Assembly: GCA_047602755.1 (NCBI GenBank)
Contig: JBLKOM010000005.1
Coordinates: 78,936-142,935, forward strand
Length of the DNA: 64,000 bases
Direction of reading: 5' to 3'
Source: Candidatus Woesearchaeota archaeon
GTDB taxonomy: Archaea > Nanobdellota > Nanobdellia > Woesearchaeales > JACJVV01
A model generated the notes under the pieces. It did not search any database, had not been told where the DNA came from, and saw only the letters and a list, made by a program, of their open reading frames with translations. Below are positions 16,391 to 25,901 of this stretch, one piece after another (position 1 is the stretch's first letter; each line of letters begins with the position of its first letter). Position numbers and translations under genes: made by a program.

Positions 16391-17608
16391 TTGATGTATG
16401 ATAATATTAAATCAATTGATAAATTTGATTTCTCAAATAAACGTGTAATTATGCGCTGTGATTTTAATGTACCTATTGATAAAAAGACAGGCGAAATAAC
16501 TTCTTGTAAGCGTATTGAAGCTGCTTTACCCTCAATTAAAAAAATATTAGAGAGTGCAGATCAATTAATTTTAATGTCACATTTGGGTAAACCTAAAAAA
16601 TTAGTAGAAAAAAATCAGGATTTTAAGAGTCAATTGTCATTATCAATTGTAGCAAATAAACTTAAATCTTTACTTGGGCAAGAAATAGTTTTAGCAAAAG
16701 ATTATCTTGAAAATGAATTACCAAAGGGGAAAATTATTCTTTTAGAAAATGTTAGATTTCATTATGATCTTGAGCAATCAAAATCAGATGAACAACGAGA
16801 TATATTTGCAAAACGTCTTTCATCTTTTGGAGATATTTTCATTAATGATGCATTTGGAACGTGTCATCGTAAAGAAGCTTCAGTTTATGATATTGTGAAA
16901 TATTTACCGTCAGGTATTGGATATTTAGTTGCTAAAGAAATTAAAATGCTTTCAGCAATACTTGAAAATCCAGAAAAACCTTATTATGCAATTTTGGGTG
17001 GTGCTAAAGTTGAAGATAAAATAAAAGTTATTGAATCTTTGGCTACTAAAGTTGATGGTATTATAATTATAGGTGCAATGGAATATTCATTTATGAAAGC
17101 GATGGGTAAAAATATTGGTAATTCATTGTGCGAAGGGTTAGATACAGCAAAAAAATCATTAGCATCAAATTATAAAGATAAATTAATTTTTGCAAAAGAT
17201 ACTGTTGTAGCAAAAAGAGAAGATGATAATTTTGTTGACATAAAAACAGTTGTTGCTGGTGCAATACCGGATGACTATATTGGATTTGATATTGGTGATG
17301 AAACTATAAAATTAATTGAAGAAAAAGTTTCAAATGCTCAAACAATATTCTGGAATGGACCAGCCGGAATGTTTGAGGTTAATCCTTTTGAGAAAGGCAC
17401 ATATGCAATTGCAAAGATTATTGCTAACTCCAATTGTAAATGTGTTGTTGGTGGTGGAGATAGTGTTACTGCTATTGAAAAATCAGGGATTCCAGAGGAA
17501 AAATTCACTCATCTTTCAACAGGTGGTGGAGCTTCAATGGAATTTATTGAAAGCAATGGTAGACTACCTGCTTTAGACATTCAAGAGGAAAAGAATGCAG
17601 GAAATTGA
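16391..17608 (+). CDS. pgk: Phosphoglycerate kinase
   Basis: LMSHLGKPK, GGGDSV and STGGGASMEF motifs. 405 aa. Confidence 0.95.
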   Translation: MMYDNIKSIDKFDFSNKRVIMRCDFNVPIDKKTGEITSCKRIEAALPSIKKILESADQLILMSHLGKPKKLVEKNQDFKSQLSLSIVANKLKSLLGQEIVLAKDYLENELPKGKIILLENVRFHYDLEQSKSDEQRDIFAKRLSSFGDIFINDAFGTCHRKEASVYDIVKYLPSGIGYLVAKEIKMLSAILENPEKPYYAILGGAKVEDKIKVIESLATKVDGIIIIGAMEYSFMKAMGKNIGNSLCEGLDTAKKSLASNYKDKLIFAKDTVVAKREDDNFVDIKTVVAGAIPDDYIGFDIGDETIKLIEEKVSNAQTIFWNGPAGMFEVNPFEKGTYAIAKIIANSNCKCVVGGGDSVTAIEKSGIPEEKFTHLSTGGGASMEFIESNGRLPALDIQEEKNAGN

Positions 17609-18137
17609 TGCAACTAAATTTTGGATAACAAATGGATGGATTATTAGCTTGTTAGTTATTATTGGTCTTTTATTTTATTTTTTTGGAATTTTTGAATTTT
17701 TTTTTATTTCATCTGAAAAATGTATGGTAGGTGATGGTTTTGAATGTGTTGATTTTAATGTTAAAACTATTTCTGTTCGAGGTTTAAGCCAAGGTGAAGA
17801 AGAAGATGTTGTTAGTTTTTTAATTAAAAATAATTTAGACACTGATGTTAATTCTTTTCATATAATTGTTGATAAATGTAATCAAATAGAATTTGATAAA
17901 ATTAGTATTCCTAAAAATCAGACATCTGAATATATTGTAAAAAATTGTAATAATATAAAACCAAATTCTTTTTTTAATAGTAAAATCACTACTAGATATG
18001 TTATTATAGGAGATAAAAATACATCTCACATTAGTTATGGGACAATTTTTAAACGTACTCAGTCTCCTTTACCTGATAATTTTAGAGCTAAATCTGGAGA
18101 TAGAATTAAATTATGGATTCAACAAAATGTTGGTTGA
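17595..18137 (+). CDS. Membrane-anchored Cys-containing hypothetical protein
   Basis: N-terminal TM followed by a domain containing 4 Cys. Overlaps the pgk end by 14 nt. Confidence 0.4.
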   Translation: MQEIDATKFWITNGWIISLLVIIGLLFYFFGIFEFFFISSEKCMVGDGFECVDFNVKTISVRGLSQGEEEDVVSFLIKNNLDTDVNSFHIIVDKCNQIEFDKISIPKNQTSEYIVKNCNNIKPNSFFNSKITTRYVIIGDKNTSHISYGTIFKRTQSPLPDNFRAKSGDRIKLWIQQNVG

Positions 18138-18188
18138 TAATATAATATATAGAAATATTTATGAATTCTAATTTTTGTTGAGATAATA

Positions 18189-18458
18189 ATGGTAAATTAT
18201 GAAAAGCGACTCAAAAATATTGAAAAAAGAAATAAAAAAGTTGAATTAGATAAAGCTTGGGAAATCAGTTGGTCTAGAAAAATACTTATTGCTGTTTTAA
18301 CATATCTTACTATAGTGCTATTTTTTTTTATTGCTAATTTACCAAACCCTTTTATTAATTCAATAGTTCCAACTACAGGTTTTGTTCTTTCTACTTTATC
18401 ATTACCTTATTTTAAGAAAATATGGATAAAATGGTATTTAAAAAATAAGCCACGTTAA
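18189..18458 (+). CDS. Small two-TM membrane protein, hypothetical
   Basis: 89-aa ORF with hydrophobic core segments. Confidence 0.3.
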   Translation: MVNYEKRLKNIEKRNKKVELDKAWEISWSRKILIAVLTYLTIVLFFFIANLPNPFINSIVPTTGFVLSTLSLPYFKKIWIKWYLKNKPR

Positions 18459-18478
18459 TACTAGCATAAATCTATAAA

Positions 18479-19024
18479 CTATTTTATTATATAATCCCAT
18501 CCAGGTTTCCATGCTTTGTTTTTTCTCCAATCCTCTTTGAATGCTTGATTCCAGTTCTTATTTTTTAATAAAACATCTAGTGCTAGTTGAGGGGCTTTAT
18601 GTGCAACAATTGCTATTGTTTTCTGTTGATAATATTTTTTTAAGAAATTTAAAAAATCATTTATTCTAATTTTAACATCTTCATATGATTCTCCATCTGG
18701 AAATTTTTTTGTAATGTTTCGCTCTTGCATGGGTTCAACAATAAATGAAGGGTACCCATTTAATTGGCCATAGTTGCATTCACGTAATCTTTTATCTTTA
18801 ATTATTTTAACTTTATTTCTAAAAGTTAAGTCTGCAGAATCAATAGCTCTTTTTAGATCAGAACAAAATACAATATCAAAATTATTATCCTTGATTTTTG
18901 TTGATAATTCTTTAGATTGTTTAATACCTAATTCTGATAATCCTACATCATTCCATCCTGAGGAAATTTCTTTTTCATTGTCAGTTGTAGTTCCATGAAC
19001 AAAATAGGTTATTTTTATAGGCAT
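18479..19024 (-). CDS. Histidine phosphatase superfamily (PGAM-like) protein
   Basis: N-terminal YFVHGTTTDN (a variant of the RHG catalytic motif). About 180 aa. Confidence 0.65.
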   Translation of the reverse strand: MPIKITYFVHGTTTDNEKEISSGWNDVGLSELGIKQSKELSTKIKDNNFDIVFCSDLKRAIDSADLTFRNKVKIIKDKRLRECNYGQLNGYPSFIVEPMQERNITKKFPDGESYEDVKIRINDFLNFLKKYYQQKTIAIVAHKAPQLALDVLLKNKNWNQAFKEDWRKNKAWKPGWDYIIK

Positions 19025-19131
19025 AATATATTAAAAAAAAGATTATTATATAAGTTTTATCAACAATCTAATCATATTAGAATTTAATACTTCAAGTTAT
19101 TATACTAATAATAATTAGTTATTAGAAAAAG

Positions 19132-19953
19132 TTATATCTGATTTGGTATATCACTTGGTCCAGAAGAACCCCCTGTTCCTCCACTTTCTCCAGCAAGTTG
19201 TGATTGCATATATGAAGGTGCATTATATGGACTAGAGGCATCATCTGTCAATACAATATTGTTACATAATTCACTTATTTCTGAAGCTTTACTCAATGGT
19301 CCAACTATGGGATGTGGTTTTTGAAACCTAATACATATTTTATTGTAATTATTTTCAGATACCTGAGTTATCATATTTGCACCAATTTTATTAAATGTTG
19401 AACCTTTTTTTACTTCTTGTGTATCATTATAAAGTTTAACATTATCAATATATACATTAAATTTTAAAGTAGTATTTGCTTGTTGTTTATTATCAACTAA
19501 AATTGAGAATTTATATTGCCATGATGGTATTACTTCAACTTCTCCAGTTGTTTCATTCGTTTCATTATATATAACCAGTGGTCTTTTTTCTCCTGATACA
19601 TGAATCCCAACATATAGTTTTCCATCAGTCTCAACAAAAGCAGTACCTTGCCCCAGTCTAGGAATATTTGAGTTACAAATTTGATCAAGAATTCCATCTG
19701 TTGTTAAGCCATATAAGAAAGATTCTCTGTATTTCATCTGTGCTTCTTGTCGCATACGTGTCATTTCTTCTGGATCTCGTTTTAAATTAGCAATTCCTGA
19801 ACCTGGTTGTGGTGTTCTACTCATAATGGTGCTTAAAACATCAATTGACCAATAATCTGCATTAGAAGCTGATGCTGTAGCATTATTTATACCAAGAATA
19901 AAGATAGGAAGTAATAATGCTATAATTATGATTATACTATACATCCATCTCAT
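19132..19953 (-). CDS. Secreted or surface protein with an N-terminal anchor and a C-terminal Gly/Ser-rich tail
   Basis: Hydrophobic N-terminus and the tail GESGGTGGSSGPSDIPNQI. Confidence 0.45.
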   Translation of the reverse strand: MRWMYSIIIIIALLLPIFILGINNATASASNADYWSIDVLSTIMSRTPQPGSGIANLKRDPEEMTRMRQEAQMKYRESFLYGLTTDGILDQICNSNIPRLGQGTAFVETDGKLYVGIHVSGEKRPLVIYNETNETTGEVEVIPSWQYKFSILVDNKQQANTTLKFNVYIDNVKLYNDTQEVKKGSTFNKIGANMITQVSENNYNKICIRFQKPHPIVGPLSKASEISELCNNIVLTDDASSPYNAPSYMQSQLAGESGGTGGSSGPSDIPNQI

Positions 19954-20075
19954 ATTATTGTATGTAAAATAAGTAGTATTTAAAACTTACCCTTATTTAG
20001 ATTTGTTTTTGAATAAGTATTATGACAAATTTTATAAATGCTCTTTATGATTATTTTTAATAAAGAGGTGTTTAG

Positions 20076-22178
20076 GTGAAAAGATCACAGATTTCAATAT
20101 TTTTAGTTTTAGGTATTGTTTTAATTGTAATGCTTGCTTCGTTCATTTTAATAAATTTCAATATTGCTGATTTAGAGATTGAACAGGATACAGCAATAAA
20201 TATGGAATTTGTTAATGATCCTATTTTTCTTTATGTTACAGAATGCTTGAATTCAATTAGCTATGATGCTATTATTGAAATAGGTGAACATGGAGGTTAT
20301 GCAGATATAGAGCGTTATGGACTAAATGTAAATCCAAATGATCCTTTAAATTCAGAGGCTGTAGCTTTATCATTAACTGGTTCTTCAGATGCTTCTTCAA
20401 GTTTATTTGCTATACCATATTTTTTTCATATGGTAAGTCCTACAGGTTGTGCTGTAGGTTGTGAGTTTTTAATATCAATCCCTGAATTGTATAAAACTTC
20501 AGGGGTGCGTTCTATTGAAGGAGAATTAGATTATTTTGTCGATGCACATCTTGAAAGATGTATTGATGATTTTAGGACTTTTAGGCAAACAGGTTATGAT
20601 ATTACTATTTTAGATAAGCCAAAAGTTGATTCTAGAGTAAATATTAACTCAATTAGTTTTATGTTGTATTATCCTATCCAGATTTCACAAGGCGGAAATG
20701 TTTATACTATTGACAGATACTATTATGAGCATGATATTAATTTTGGGAATATACTTGAGATGGCAATTGATGTAACATATACACAAGCAGAATATAGGTT
20801 TTTAGAATATCAAGTATTAGATATGTTAAGTGCTTATTCAGGTTTAGATAATGTTTTGCCACCTTTAGCAGATTCTACTTTTAATTTTGGTGATCCAGGA
20901 CAAATCTGGGTAAAATCAGATGTTAAAAATTCTATGCAGGATATTTTAATGAAATATGTCAATGCATTAAGAGTATATGGTTCTAATAATTATGTTGATT
21001 TAGGTGATGATGAATTTTCTGCACGATATTTAGATCACCAAATGCGTGTTGTTTTATCAAGAGATTATGATTTAGATATTTTTTTTAATTATTTATCATT
21101 GTGGCCCATTTATTTTGATATGAATTGTGAGGGAGAAATATGTCGACCTGAATCATTTTCAACTTCTTTATTACCATTTATAGGAACACAGCGTTATGAA
21201 TTTTTTTATTCAGTATCTCATCCAGTTCTAGTTAAAATACATGATCCTACTGCATTTAATGGTGAAGGTTATAATTTTTATTTCTTTTTAGAGTCAAACA
21301 TTTTTAATAATGATATTATTTGGCCAGGTGGTTTTGGTGCTTTTGAATCACCTACTTCAGGCTCTAGTTTAATGTGTAATGAGAATCAAAAAACGTCTGG
21401 AGTTCATACTATGGAAATTATAGATGGAATTACAGGTGAATTAGTTGAAGATGTTTTATTAATGTTTAATTGTGCAACTGAAAGTTGTACAATGGATCCT
21501 ATTACTAACGGTACATTTGAAAGTTCTTTACCTGTATGTGTAGGAGGTAGATTAATATTACAAAAAGAGGGTTATATGACTAAATCTGTTTATGTTGAAC
21601 CAAGATTAGATGAAGATGATAATATAGGTGAAGTGGTATTTGAACCTTTACGAAACGTTGAAATTAATATAAATAAAATTAAAATATTAAAAGATCTTGA
21701 TATTAATAATTGGACTCAGCAAGGCCAAGGTGGTTTAAGAGCAAATCAAGAAGCAACTATTATACTTACATCTGTTAATAATCCTGAATTTATTCAGCTT
21801 GTTACTATCGATGGAAATGATAAGGGTACAGCTAGACTTGTTCCGGGTGAATATCATGTTCAAGTGTTTTTGCTTGATAAAAATACGATTATAATACCTG
21901 AAGATGAGCGTCAAGAAACAGCTTTAGGAGGGATTATACGAAATAGATACACTATGCCAGAAGTTATTTTTAATGAATCAAATCCTTGGCAATTAGGAGG
22001 ACTTGATGGAAATTATAGGTTAAATCGTGTTAATGAAGGTGATACAGTAACAATTAGTGTTATTGCTTTAGAAATGGGTGAAGTTCTTGAAGAAAATAGG
22101 AAAATTGAAGATATAGAAGTATTATCTTTTTTAGAAGATTATATGGAACGCTATAATCATTTATTAGGTTTTAGGTAG
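20076..22178 (+). CDS. Large (700 aa) Cys-rich surface protein with an N-terminal TM anchor
   Basis: N-terminal TM and many paired Cys. No cytoplasmic motifs. Confidence 0.55.
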   Translation: MKRSQISIFLVLGIVLIVMLASFILINFNIADLEIEQDTAINMEFVNDPIFLYVTECLNSISYDAIIEIGEHGGYADIERYGLNVNPNDPLNSEAVALSLTGSSDASSSLFAIPYFFHMVSPTGCAVGCEFLISIPELYKTSGVRSIEGELDYFVDAHLERCIDDFRTFRQTGYDITILDKPKVDSRVNINSISFMLYYPIQISQGGNVYTIDRYYYEHDINFGNILEMAIDVTYTQAEYRFLEYQVLDMLSAYSGLDNVLPPLADSTFNFGDPGQIWVKSDVKNSMQDILMKYVNALRVYGSNNYVDLGDDEFSARYLDHQMRVVLSRDYDLDIFFNYLSLWPIYFDMNCEGEICRPESFSTSLLPFIGTQRYEFFYSVSHPVLVKIHDPTAFNGEGYNFYFFLESNIFNNDIIWPGGFGAFESPTSGSSLMCNENQKTSGVHTMEIIDGITGELVEDVLLMFNCATESCTMDPITNGTFESSLPVCVGGRLILQKEGYMTKSVYVEPRLDEDDNIGEVVFEPLRNVEININKIKILKDLDINNWTQQGQGGLRANQEATIILTSVNNPEFIQLVTIDGNDKGTARLVPGEYHVQVFLLDKNTIIIPEDERQETALGGIIRNRYTMPEVIFNESNPWQLGGLDGNYRLNRVNEGDTVTISVIALEMGEVLEENRKIEDIEVLSFLEDYMERYNHLLGFR

Positions 22179-22196
22179 AATAATATTTTTTTGATA

Positions 22197-22808
22197 TTAT
22201 TGATTTTTGTTTTTATTTCTACCACGTATTTCTACTTTTTTGAATCGGTCTATAATTTCTTTTGCATTGTCTACTTTTTTTGTATATTCTATGATAAAAA
22301 TTTCAAACATTTTCTCCCATATCTTATTATGTTTACTTTCTAATGCTTGTCTAAAAAGGTGAATGTCTACTGCTTTATCTTCTGATTTTGTTGAGAAAAA
22401 TGATAAACCAAAATCTATAAAATAAATTTGATTGTTATTTGTTAAAATCATATTTGATGTTGTTAAATCACCATGTATGATATTGTTATTGTGAATAATT
22501 GCAATATCTTTTGCTATATTCTTTGCGATTTTCTCATAATTACTATTTTTTAATTTATCTCTTAATTTATTACCGGTTATTTTATCCATTATAATTTCAA
22601 ATTTTTTAAGATCTACTGTCCTAATTTTTGGGACATTAACACTTAATTCATTTAATGTTTTTAGTATCTTTGCTTCACGCTTTGTTCTAAATTTTCTTAA
22701 TGAAATATCTATTTCATTAATTCTATATTGTTTAGCATTTCTTTGTTTTATAATGGTGTCATTTATTTCATAAATTTTAGCTTCTGCTCCGGATGTTATT
22801 AGTTTCAT
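22197..22808 (-). CDS. bud32: KEOPS complex kinase Bud32 (Kae1-associated RIO-type kinase)
   Basis: Catalytic loop IHGDLTTSNMIL and IYFIDFGLS. About 200 aa. This is an archaeal/eukaryotic family. Confidence 0.85.
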   Translation of the reverse strand: MKLITSGAEAKIYEINDTIIKQRNAKQYRINEIDISLRKFRTKREAKILKTLNELSVNVPKIRTVDLKKFEIIMDKITGNKLRDKLKNSNYEKIAKNIAKDIAIIHNNNIIHGDLTTSNMILTNNNQIYFIDFGLSFFSTKSEDKAVDIHLFRQALESKHNKIWEKMFEIFIIEYTKKVDNAKEIIDRFKKVEIRGRNKNKNQ

Positions 22809-22907
22809 ATTAAGCTCTTTTTTTGTATTTATTTATTATTTTTACGGATTTTTAATAGAAAAATATTAAATATTAATAATATTTATATAATCATCACTTT
22901 AATATTA

Positions 22908-23399
22908 TTGAATATGAATAAAATTAAGAAGATATTGCATAATATTGAGAGAGAATGGAGATGGAATGATAACTTTCGTATTTTTACACTCGTGTTTATT
23001 ATAATTCTTATTGTTTTTTTGCTTAGTATGACTTTTGTAGCAAGTCAAAATCGATTTCTAAAGTATAATTTTAAGTCATGTTTTGATAGAATGCCAGATG
23101 TTACAGATAGAGATCCACAATATAATATTTATTCAATAGGTAATGAGATTATTGTTCAATATTATTTTGAACAAAAGTGTTATTCAAGCATGTCTGTTGA
23201 TTATATTTTGACAGAAAATAATTTAAAATTATTTTTTGAACCTAAAAATATGGATGCTACATGTGTTTGTTATAGTGAATTTAAGGGTGTTGCAGGCCCA
23301 GTTGAGCCTGGAGTTTACAATATAGAGATACATAAAATGACTGATAATGTAAATTATTTAGTTCATAGTCGAGAAATTATAGTAAATTATGATAATTAA
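22908..23399 (+). CDS. Membrane-anchored extracytoplasmic hypothetical protein
   Basis: N-terminal TM and a Cys-containing C-terminal domain. Confidence 0.4.
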   Translation: MNMNKIKKILHNIEREWRWNDNFRIFTLVFIIILIVFLLSMTFVASQNRFLKYNFKSCFDRMPDVTDRDPQYNIYSIGNEIIVQYYFEQKCYSSMSVDYILTENNLKLFFEPKNMDATCVCYSEFKGVAGPVEPGVYNIEIHKMTDNVNYLVHSREIIVNYDN

Positions 23400-23513
23400 G
23401 TTTAAAATTTTGTAATTAAATATTTTAAGGATGATTATGCTAATAATTAACGAGATTGTTTTTATTTTTAAAATAAGATTATATAAACTTATAATCTAAG
23501 TTTATTTTGACAG

Positions 23514-23819
23514 ATGAAGAAAGAAAAAATAAAATATAAATATATTTTTCAACCTAATTTTTTTAATATAGTTTTAACTTTTATACTTGCCCTTTTTTCA
23601 TTATTTTTCTGGTTATGGATTTTGCAGTCTCAAAATTTAACTCTTTTCTTAGTTATAATATATTTTATATTTACTTTTGTTTGGATTGTATTTAGTGCTT
23701 TTATTAGTTCTATTTTTGTTTTTTTTGCTTCTAAAAATAGATTAACAAGAATTTTCTCTTTTGTTTTTTTATCACTTGTATCGATTATATTATTTACTTA
23801 TATTTATGTATTGTTTTAA
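23514..23819 (+). CDS. Small polytopic membrane protein
   Basis: 101 aa, three hydrophobic helices. Confidence 0.3.
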   Translation: MKKEKIKYKYIFQPNFFNIVLTFILALFSLFFWLWILQSQNLTLFLVIIYFIFTFVWIVFSAFISSIFVFFASKNRLTRIFSFVFLSLVSIILFTYIYVLF

Positions 23820-23850
23820 TTAAATTTTTTAATTTAAGTTATTTCTTTTT

Positions 23851-25335
23851 TTGATAATTCATCTATTTACATTGTGCACTAGTAATATTTATAAATTCAC
23901 GTTTTATTATATAAATATGTTAAATAAAAAAGGTGTTGGGTTCAGCACAATAATGGCTACTTTAGGAGTTATTCTTATCGGAATGGGTTTTGCATGGTTA
24001 ATCGCTCAAAATTGGCATATATTACCTTCTGCGATAAAGATTATTTTAATGGTTACATTAACGTCTGCTGCTTATTTTGTTGGCGTTATTCTTCAAATTA
24101 GAAAGTATGAGAAAATATCACATGTAGTATTATTGCTAGGTTCTTTTCTTTATAGTTTAAGCATTTTCTTAATAGCTCAAATCTTTCATACTTCTACTTC
24201 TATTCAAGGAACAGCATATTTATTCTTGCTTGCATGGCTAGGTGTAATTGCTGCAGCATATATTTTTAATTCATCACCAAGTTTGGTATTAGGTTTGGTT
24301 GAATTTTTTATTTGGATAGTATTACAATATTTTGCTTTTATAGAAATGCATAGATATGATGATTTTTCATTTGGATTAATAGTTTTAATTTTCCTTGCAA
24401 TTGGTGTTTTGTTATATGGTTTATATCTTATTCATAAATCAAAAGCATTAAGGTTTGCAAGAGTTTATCAGTGGTGGACTGCAGCATACTTTTTGCTTTT
24501 TGGTTATTGTTTAAGTTTTCAAAGTTTTTTACCGTTATTATCATTAACACATGTTACAGCATTACCAAGTACGATTACTTTTCTTGCATTCATATCTGTA
24601 TTAGCTTTAATAACATTTTTTGCAGGTATAATTGTTGCGACTGGAAATAAATCGGTTACAAGTAAAGAACTTATAGGGGTTGGTTTAATTATAGTTTTAT
24701 TGTTAATACTTATTTTGTTTGCTTCTATAATGCCAAATAGATTTGGAAATTGTTATTCTAAATCATGTTATGATAATGTGGATAGAGATACTTGTTTAAC
24801 ATATGCAGATTCTTTAGGTTGTGAATGGAATTATTATCAAGATCAATTTGATAATGGTGTTAGTAATGAATTTTCTGGGCGTGGATATTGTTCAGTAAAA
24901 GAGGGAATTGCATTTCAAACAATTAATCGTGAGATATCAAGTATATGCAGAGAATATAATAATAATCCTGATAAATGTTTGTCTAGGAAAGACGTTTGTT
25001 CATGGAGTCCAACTTACTATTATTCAGGTGGGTGGGGAAGATCTGTTCCTATGGAGTTATGGGTATTATGGATTTTCTCTAATATTGTTTTTTTAGGATT
25101 AATATTATCAATTATACTTTATGGTACATGGCAAAAACTTCCAAAAATAGTTAATCTTGGTATATTCTTTTTTGTATTAAATGTTATAAGTAGATATATT
25201 GGTTTTTTAATGGATTATGGTGGCTATCTTGGGTTTGCATTTGTATTAATTTCAGGTGGATTGCTTTTAATTTTTGGTGGATGGGGTATTGAGAAATGGC
25301 GAAGAAATCTCGTAAACAAAACAAGGAAAAACTAG
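23851..25335 (+). CDS. Polytopic membrane protein with a Cys-rich extracellular loop (DUF2157-like)
   Basis: More than 10 TM segments. The loop contains CYSKSCYDN...C...C...C...C. Followed by a GDYXXLXY-like gene. Confidence 0.5.
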   Translation: MIIHLFTLCTSNIYKFTFYYINMLNKKGVGFSTIMATLGVILIGMGFAWLIAQNWHILPSAIKIILMVTLTSAAYFVGVILQIRKYEKISHVVLLLGSFLYSLSIFLIAQIFHTSTSIQGTAYLFLLAWLGVIAAAYIFNSSPSLVLGLVEFFIWIVLQYFAFIEMHRYDDFSFGLIVLIFLAIGVLLYGLYLIHKSKALRFARVYQWWTAAYFLLFGYCLSFQSFLPLLSLTHVTALPSTITFLAFISVLALITFFAGIIVATGNKSVTSKELIGVGLIIVLLLILILFASIMPNRFGNCYSKSCYDNVDRDTCLTYADSLGCEWNYYQDQFDNGVSNEFSGRGYCSVKEGIAFQTINREISSICREYNNNPDKCLSRKDVCSWSPTYYYSGGWGRSVPMELWVLWIFSNIVFLGLILSIILYGTWQKLPKIVNLGIFFFVLNVISRYIGFLMDYGGYLGFAFVLISGGLLLIFGGWGIEKWRRNLVNKTRKN

Positions 25336-25817
25336 CACGATTAGTCTTAGGATTAGGTCTTATTTTGGTTATTTTAGTTGTTTTTATAACTGTATTATCA
25401 TGGCCATTATTAACTGGTACAACAATTGAACTTGCTACATACCCAGTAGACCCTTTTGATCCCTTACGAGGACAATATATGATTATTAATTATGAAATAA
25501 ATAATATTCATCATCAATTTGTTCCTGGACAAACTATTTATGTGATGCTTGAGCCAGATGATGAAGGCATCTGGAGATATGTTGAAGCATCACTTAGTAA
25601 ACCAGCAAAGGGTGTTTTTATAAAGGGAAGAGTTACTTCCAGAATTGTTGAATATGGTATTGAACAATTCTTTTTTGAGAGAAATGCTATTGTTCCTGAG
25701 ACAGATATAACTGTTGAAGTAAAAGTTGATTCAAATGGTAATGCAAGGCTTGTGCAACTTCTTCAAAATAGAGAGCCAATAAATATTAAATATAATCCTA
25801 GAAAAGTTTCAAGATGA
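25296..25817 (+). CDS. Membrane-anchored GDYXXLXY-like protein
   Basis: N-terminal TM and a GQYMIINY motif resembling the GDYXXLXY family, which partners DUF2157. Confidence 0.45.
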   Translation: MAKKSRKQNKEKLARLVLGLGLILVILVVFITVLSWPLLTGTTIELATYPVDPFDPLRGQYMIINYEINNIHHQFVPGQTIYVMLEPDDEGIWRYVEASLSKPAKGVFIKGRVTSRIVEYGIEQFFFERNAIVPETDITVEVKVDSNGNARLVQLLQNREPINIKYNPRKVSR

Positions 25818-25901
25818 TAGTTTTTAATATATAATTTTTTAGTTCTTATTACCTATAAAATCTCATAATATTTATATAATTTCAATACTTATACCTATTC
25901 A